40,745 nucleotides of DNA from an uncultured Rudaea sp. (GTDB lineage Bacteria > Pseudomonadota > Gammaproteobacteria > Xanthomonadales > Rhodanobacteraceae), in the NCBI GenBank assembly GCA_964658115.1, contig CAZZYA010000003.1, positions 1 to 40,745 on the forward strand, written 5' to 3'. The notes under the pieces are model-generated. The model did not search any database and was not told where the DNA came from. It saw only the letters and a program-made list of their open reading frames with translations. The translations under genes were made by a program, and so were the position numbers. This document shows, piece by piece, positions 35,936 to 40,745 of this stretch (position 1 is its first letter; each line of letters begins with the position of its first letter).

Positions 35936-37000
35936 TTAGTCGATTTCCGCCACCACGGCGCGGAACGTTTCTAGCACTTCGGTTCCGTTGCGGGGCGACT
36001 GCGTGCTCTCGCGCATCTGGTGCGCCATGCGTCGAACGCGCGGCACGTTGTCCAGTTTCGCTTCGGCGAAGGCTTTGCGTCCTGGCCCCGAACTGAAACG
36101 GTGAAGTTCGAAGAAATAATGTTCCTGACCCGTCGTCAGAAAATTGAGGATCGGCTGCGCGGATTCAGGACTGTCCGGATTGCGGCGACTGCGCATCTCG
36201 CGTTCGAGACATAATCGCTCCGTGCTCGCCATGAAAATCGGGAAGGCTTCGGCGACGTTCGCGGTATCGAGGTCGGACGCGACCAGCGCGAGTTCGAGTG
36301 CGTGCACCATGCGTGGATCGTCGCGCCATCCGGGTGCGTGTTTGTCGAGTTTTTCGTCGAGCTTCTGCGCCAGCGCGCCACCCGACTGCATCACCATTTC
36401 CGCACTGTTGTATTCCTCGGCCGGTGGCGCGGGACGCGCATCGAACGTGCTGCCCGCAATCATCAGCTCGATGCCAAGATAAACGGTGGCGTGATCTTCG
36501 CGCGAGAAACCGGCGACATCGAGAATGCGAAATGTTTCCTCGATGCTCGCTCGCTCGTTGCTGCCGATGCCGGCTGCGAATTGCGGAACTTCGCGCTGAC
36601 GCAGGTCGTGCGCCGCGCCGAACAACGCGAGCAGAAACCAATCCAGAACATCGAGCGATTCCATGCCGACGGCGTCCAACATGCGTTCCAGTCGGGCACC
36701 GAGGATTTCGAAGATATGATTTTCGTTGTGGTAGTGATGATAGTCCTTGCCCCAACTGCCATGCCGATAAGCCAGGCGGCAGAATGCGATGCGGATTGCG
36801 TCTTCGGCAGCGTTCAACGTCGCCGGCTGGATACCGGCGGTGATCGGCGCGAAACGCGCGCGTCGCTGCGCGAGCAGCGCCTGCAACTCCGGCCGTCGTT
36901 CGTCGACCAGTCGTCGCGCGGTCGCCGCATCGGGAACGAGGCGTTCGCACTCGTCCGCAGGAAACTCGCTGGGATAATTGAAGATCACGTCCGGTGCCAT
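35936..37000 (-). CDS. Hypothetical protein, predicted HD/PDEase-superfamily metal-dependent phosphohydrolase
   Basis: GGAGG RBS and a TATACT -10 upstream. YHNENH, GAAHDL, NERAS and ASDL occur in the order and spacing of HD-fold metal ligands. Confidence 0.7.
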   Translation of the reverse strand: MAPDVIFNYPSEFPADECERLVPDAATARRLVDERRPELQALLAQRRARFAPITAGIQPATLNAAEDAIRIAFCRLAYRHGSWGKDYHHYHNENHIFEILGARLERMLDAVGMESLDVLDWFLLALFGAAHDLRQREVPQFAAGIGSNERASIEETFRILDVAGFSREDHATVYLGIELMIAGSTFDARPAPPAEEYNSAEMVMQSGGALAQKLDEKLDKHAPGWRDDPRMVHALELALVASDLDTANVAEAFPIFMASTERLCLEREMRSRRNPDSPESAQPILNFLTTGQEHYFFELHRFSSGPGRKAFAEAKLDNVPRVRRMAHQMRESTQSPRNGTEVLETFRAVVAEID

Positions 37001-37047
37001 CCTCCGGCGGCGAGTATAGCCAAACGCACTCGCCCGCACGTGAGAGG

Positions 37048-37737
37048 TCACACGAATGGCAGATCGTCCATCAGTCCTTTCTCGGAAAACGACAGCACCT
37101 TGCCGAAACCGATGATGAAGTGGTCGAGCACTTTCACATCGATCATGCGCAGCGCCTGTTTCAGGCGTCGGGTGAGTTCGCGGTCGTCTGGACTCGCCTC
37201 GGCAATGCCGGACGGATGGTTGTGCGCGAAGATCACGCAAGCAGCATTGTTCGCCAGGCAGCGGCGCACTACCTCTCGGATCGATACTTCGGCGCCGGAA
37301 ATCGATCCTCGCGCCAATTCCTCGAAGGCAATCATGCGATGTCGGATGTCGAGGAACAGGCATGCGAACACTTCATACGGATAGCCGGCCAAGCGCGATT
37401 TCAGGTATTCGCCGCACGCGCCGGGATTGAGCGGCCTCGAGCGCTTCACTTTGTCGCCGAGATAGCGCCGACCGAGTTCCAGTGCGGCGTGCAGGCGTGC
37501 CGCCGTCGCCAGTCCGAGGCCGGCGTGCGCGGCCAGCGCCGGCAATTCTTGATCGAGAAGCGAGCGCAGACTCCCGCGTAGCGAGAGAAGTTCGCGGCCG
37601 ATGTCCACGGCGTTTGCGCCACGCCGCCCACTGCCGATGAACAGCGCAAGTAATTCGGCATCCGATAACGCGCCGGCGCCGCGTTCGGCAAGCTTTTCAC
37701 GCGGGCGCTCACTTACTGGCCAATCACGAATCGTCAT
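37048..37737 (-). CDS. radC: RadC (JAB/MPN domain) protein
   Basis: IRDWP..ERPREKL, LSDAELLA, HhH region, E.F..LFLD, AHNHPSG...S..D, VLDHFIIG; divergent from coaBC. Confidence 0.95.
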   Translation of the reverse strand: MTIRDWPVSERPREKLAERGAGALSDAELLALFIGSGRRGANAVDIGRELLSLRGSLRSLLDQELPALAAHAGLGLATAARLHAALELGRRYLGDKVKRSRPLNPGACGEYLKSRLAGYPYEVFACLFLDIRHRMIAFEELARGSISGAEVSIREVVRRCLANNAACVIFAHNHPSGIAEASPDDRELTRRLKQALRMIDVKVLDHFIIGFGKVLSFSEKGLMDDLPFV

Positions 37738-37832
37738 GCGGGCATGATCGCCGAGCGAGCCTGCGACCACCGCGGGCGAATGCGCAAATTCCGGTAAGCT
37801 ATCGACGCTCCACTGCGTAGTCGACTTCCTAC

Positions 37833-39059
37833 ATGACCGCGACGCCACTGGCCAATCTGCACGTCCTGCTCGGCGTCTCCGGCGGCATTGCTGCGTACAA
37901 GGCCTGCGAGTTCACGCGCCGGTTGCGCGACGCGGGCGCAGAAGTTCGCGTGGTGCTGACGCAGAACGCCACGCGATTCGTCACGCCGCTGACGTTCCAG
38001 GCCTTGTCCGGAAATCCGGTGCGCCACGGTTTGTGGGACGAAGCCGCCGAAGCCGCGATGGGTCACATCGAATTGGCGCGCTGGGCCGATCGCATCGTGA
38101 TCGCGCCTGCGAGTGCGGACATCATCGCGCGTCTCGCGAACGGTATGGCGGACGATCTGTTGACCACGTTGTGCCTCGCCAGTGCGGCACCGATCGCCAT
38201 CGCGCCCGCGATGAATCAGCTCATGTGGGCGAAAGCGGCGACGCAGGACAACGTCGCGACGTTGCGCGCGCGCGGCATCGATGTGCTCGGTCCGGGATCG
38301 GGAGGTCAGGCGTGCGGCGAATTCGGTGCGGGCCGGTTGCTCGAAGCCAATCAACTGGTCGATGCACTGATGGCGCTGCACGGCCCTCGCGCGCTGAGCG
38401 GCAAACGCGTCCTCGTCAGCGCGGGGCCGACGTTCGAAGACATCGATCCGGTGCGTTTCATCGGCAACCGCAGCTCCGGCCGCATGGGTTTCGCCATCGC
38501 GCAAGCGGCTGCCGAGATGGGCGCCAACGTGCAACTGATTGCCGGCCCGGTACATTTGCCGACACCGCGCGGCGTCGCGCGCGAAGACGTGCGCAGCGCG
38601 CGTGACATGCGCGCGGCCGTGCAGCGACATGTGCCGACAAGCGATATTTTCATTTCAGCCGCGGCGATCGGCGACTATCGCCCTAAGACCGTCGCCGACC
38701 ATAAGCTTAAAAAAAGTGATGGGCCGCTGAAGCTCGACTTGGTTGAAAATCCGGACATCCTTGCCGAACTCGGCGCGGTGAAGGCGCGACCTTTTCTGGT
38801 CGGGTTCGCCGCGGAGACGAACGATGTAGCGAAATACGCGCGCGCCAAATTGACTGCAAAAAAGATCGACCTCGTCGCCGCCAATCATGTCGGCGGCGGC
38901 AAAGGCTTCGACAGCAGCGACAATGAACTTACGTTGTACTGGAAGGATGGTGAGAAGAAACTGCCGCGTGCCGACAAGCGCGATCTGGCGCGCGGTTTGC
39001 TAGAACAGGTCGTGTCATTGTGGGCGTCGCGAACGCGCGGAAAAAAACGTGGTCGATAA
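37833..39059 (+). CDS. coaBC: Bifunctional phosphopantothenoylcysteine decarboxylase / phosphopantothenate--cysteine ligase
   Basis: [50 protein letters not shown]. Confidence 0.97.
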   Translation: MTATPLANLHVLLGVSGGIAAYKACEFTRRLRDAGAEVRVVLTQNATRFVTPLTFQALSGNPVRHGLWDEAAEAAMGHIELARWADRIVIAPASADIIARLANGMADDLLTTLCLASAAPIAIAPAMNQLMWAKAATQDNVATLRARGIDVLGPGSGGQACGEFGAGRLLEANQLVDALMALHGPRALSGKRVLVSAGPTFEDIDPVRFIGNRSSGRMGFAIAQAAAEMGANVQLIAGPVHLPTPRGVAREDVRSARDMRAAVQRHVPTSDIFISAAAIGDYRPKTVADHKLKKSDGPLKLDLVENPDILAELGAVKARPFLVGFAAETNDVAKYARAKLTAKKIDLVAANHVGGGKGFDSSDNELTLYWKDGEKKLPRADKRDLARGLLEQVVSLWASRTRGKKRGR

Positions 39060-39516
39060 CGTGATCGAAATCGAAGTGAAGGTGCTGGACGCCCGGGTCG
39101 GCGCCGAATTTCCATTGCCCGCCTCGGCCACCGCCGGTTCGGCGGGCGTCGATTTGCGCGCCATCATCGACACGCCGCTGACACTCGAACCCAACGGCAG
39201 CGCCTTGATTGCAACCGGCATCGCTATCCATATCGGCGATCCGAGGTATTGCGCAATAATTCTGCCGCGTTCGGGACTTGGCCATAAGCATGGCATCGTG
39301 CTGGGCAACCTCGTCGGCTTGATCGATGCGGACTATCAAGGACCACTCATGATTTCCTGCTGGAACCGAGGGCAGGCGGCATATACCATCGTGCCCGGCG
39401 AGCGCATCGCGCAGTTGGTTTTCCTGCCCGTGGTCCAAGCTCAGTTTCGTATCGTGGACGAGTTCGCGGCCAGCCAGCGTGGTGTCGGCGGATTCGGTCA
39501 TACCGGCACGGCCTAG
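39049..39516 (+). CDS. dut: dUTP diphosphatase
   Basis: All five dUTPase motifs: [33 protein letters not shown]. Confidence 0.97.
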   Translation: MVDNVIEIEVKVLDARVGAEFPLPASATAGSAGVDLRAIIDTPLTLEPNGSALIATGIAIHIGDPRYCAIILPRSGLGHKHGIVLGNLVGLIDADYQGPLMISCWNRGQAAYTIVPGERIAQLVFLPVVQAQFRIVDEFAASQRGVGGFGHTGTA

Positions 39517-39526
39517 AAGACCTCGG

Positions 39527-40745
39527 ATGAAGGAAACCGCCAAAAAGAAATTGTCCGCGCTCGAACTGTCGCAGTCGCGACGCGGGCGGCAATCGCGTTT
39601 CAGCAATCTTACCGATCCTGGTGCGCTGCTGATCGGTGGCGGCTGCCTGTTTCTGATTGCCGCGCTCATTTGTTTTTGGCAAAGCTGGTTGATCGGTCGC
39701 GAACTGAGCGGCACCCGACAGATCGAACAATATTCCACCACGGAAGTCGAGGCGCTCGGCAAGTACGCCGCCGACGCGCGGCTTCGTATCATCCACGCGG
39801 TCAATAGCGACAGCGTGACCTCCGCGTTGGTGGCTGGTGGCGATGGCGCGCTGGATGCGGCGCGTGCTGCGCTGAAGCAGGCGCTGCCTGATTTGGTGTC
39901 CGCCGATTTCTACAAGGCTGACCTTAGCGATGTGCTGAGCGGCGATTTCGCAAAGTTCGGTTATGCCAAAGCGGCGATGCTTGTGCGTTCGCACGAACTC
40001 AAACTTGGCGCGCCTTTGCAATCGCACCTCAAGGCCGACAAGCAACGCGTGCTTGCCTTCGCGCTGCCGGCGACGCGTAATCGCGACGCAGTGGCGTTCG
40101 TGTATGTCGAATTGCCGTTCGAACCGCTGCTGCAGATTTTTCAGCAGCCGAGCATCAGCAACGCACGTATCGATTTGCGTCAGGGCGACGGTCGCGGCGA
40201 TCTGCTGCTCGACAGTATCGGCGATACGCACACGGTCAGTTCGTTGAACGATATCGGCGTGCCCATCGGCGGAAGCGTGTTCCGCATCGGTGCAGTGCCG
40301 GAAACGTTTCCGATTTTCTTGCCCGACAATCTGTGGATCGCGTTGCCTCTGTCCCTTGCATTGGCGCTCGTCGGCGCATTCTTTTTGTACGCGCGCAACG
40401 TGGGCTGGAGCGCGGCCGTGGATCGCGTCGCCCGCCGCAAAGCGACCGCGGTCGACGAAACCACGCTGGCACAGACGCTGGCGATGGATCCCAAACCGGT
40501 CGCGGCAAAACCGAGAATCGCGCTCGCAGCACCGGTGCCTGCCGCCGTGGAAGTCGCCGTGGACCCAAGCATATTCCGCGCGTACGACATACGCGGGGTG
40601 CTCGGAAAAACGCTGACCGCCGGTGTCGCACGTCAGATCGGCCGCGCGATCGGCAGCGAAGCGCGCGATCGTGGCTTGCGCGAGATCGTGGTCGGCCGCG
40701 ACGGACGCCTGTCGGGTCCGGAACTTTCCGAGGCACTGATGGAAG
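39527..40745 (+). CDS. algC: Membrane-anchored phosphomannomutase/phosphoglucomutase (TM-periplasmic domain-TM + PMM/PGM), 3' truncated
   Basis: Absent from the ORF track because it runs off the window. Hand translation from ATG 39527 is open to the end: TM1 GALLIGGGCLFLIAALICFW, TM2 LWIALPLSLALALVGAFFLY, then from 40559 VDPSIFRAYDIRG...VVGRDGRLSGP. Confidence 0.9.
   Translation, partial: MKETAKKKLSALELSQSRRGRQSRFSNLTDPGALLIGGGCLFLIAALICFWQSWLIGRELSGTRQIEQYSTTEVEALGKYAADARLRIIHAVNSDSVTSALVAGGDGALDAARAALKQALPDLVSADFYKADLSDVLSGDFAKFGYAKAAMLVRSHELKLGAPLQSHLKADKQRVLAFALPATRNRDAVAFVYVELPFEPLLQIFQQPSISNARIDLRQGDGRGDLLLDSIGDTHTVSSLNDIGVPIGGSVFRIGAVPETFPIFLPDNLWIALPLSLALALVGAFFLYARNVGWSAAVDRVARRKATAVDETTLAQTLAMDPKPVAAKPRIALAAPVPAAVEVAVDPSIFRAYDIRGVLGKTLTAGVARQIGRAIGSEARDRGLREIVVGRDGRLSGPELSEALME

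Noticed and set aside
37048-37737. radC as a marker of a mobile element or anti-defence island
   Set aside because: It is full-length with the HhH region and in the canonical chromosomal radC/coaBC-dut context, with no mobility genes.
1-40745. CRISPR arrays, tRNA/rRNA genes, IS elements, prophage genes
   Set aside because: No regularly spaced repeats, cloverleaf or rRNA signatures, transposase, integrase or phage structural motifs were seen; intergenic gaps are nearly all short.

Overview
High-GC chromosomal window, most consistent with a Xanthomonadales/Rhodanobacteraceae-type gammaproteobacterium. That assignment is inferred from gene order and protein style, not from a search. It holds about 39 CDSs, mostly housekeeping. 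In order: hemY (partial); a 2Fe-2S/FAD reductase; a thioesterase-srkA-acyltransferase-hydrolase-TPR-Asp/Asn beta-hydroxylase run; glnA with a sigma54 promoter and NtrC sites; a secreted cupin; ntrBC-GNAT-LpxL-like; a 2OG-Fe(II) oxygenase; a thiolase; YkvA; a ParA-SixA-YceI-PLD operon; ggt flanked by two paralogous uncharacterised secreted proteins; an S9 peptidase; speE/speA; a beta-hydroxyacid dehydrogenase; two tandem secreted beta-propellers; SPOR-argS; an AT-rich intergenic DnaA-box/IHF element; an HD/PDEase-like orphan; and radC-coaBC-dut followed by a membrane-anchored PMM/PGM (partial). I saw no rRNA, tRNA, CRISPR array, transposase or phage gene. Best leads: (1) a shared acidic C-terminal tail DGIFxD[GD][FL]D on both beta-propellers, a candidate protein-sorting or anchoring signal; (2) a 184-bp DnaA-box pair / IHF site / DnaA-box element far from dnaA (datA/DARS- or oriC-like); (3) a TPR + AspH-like hydroxylase module and acyltransferase/2OG-oxygenase genes wrapped around the Ntr locus; (4) an HD/class-I-PDE-like orphan beside radC. 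All calls come from motif reading by eye; no database searches were run.
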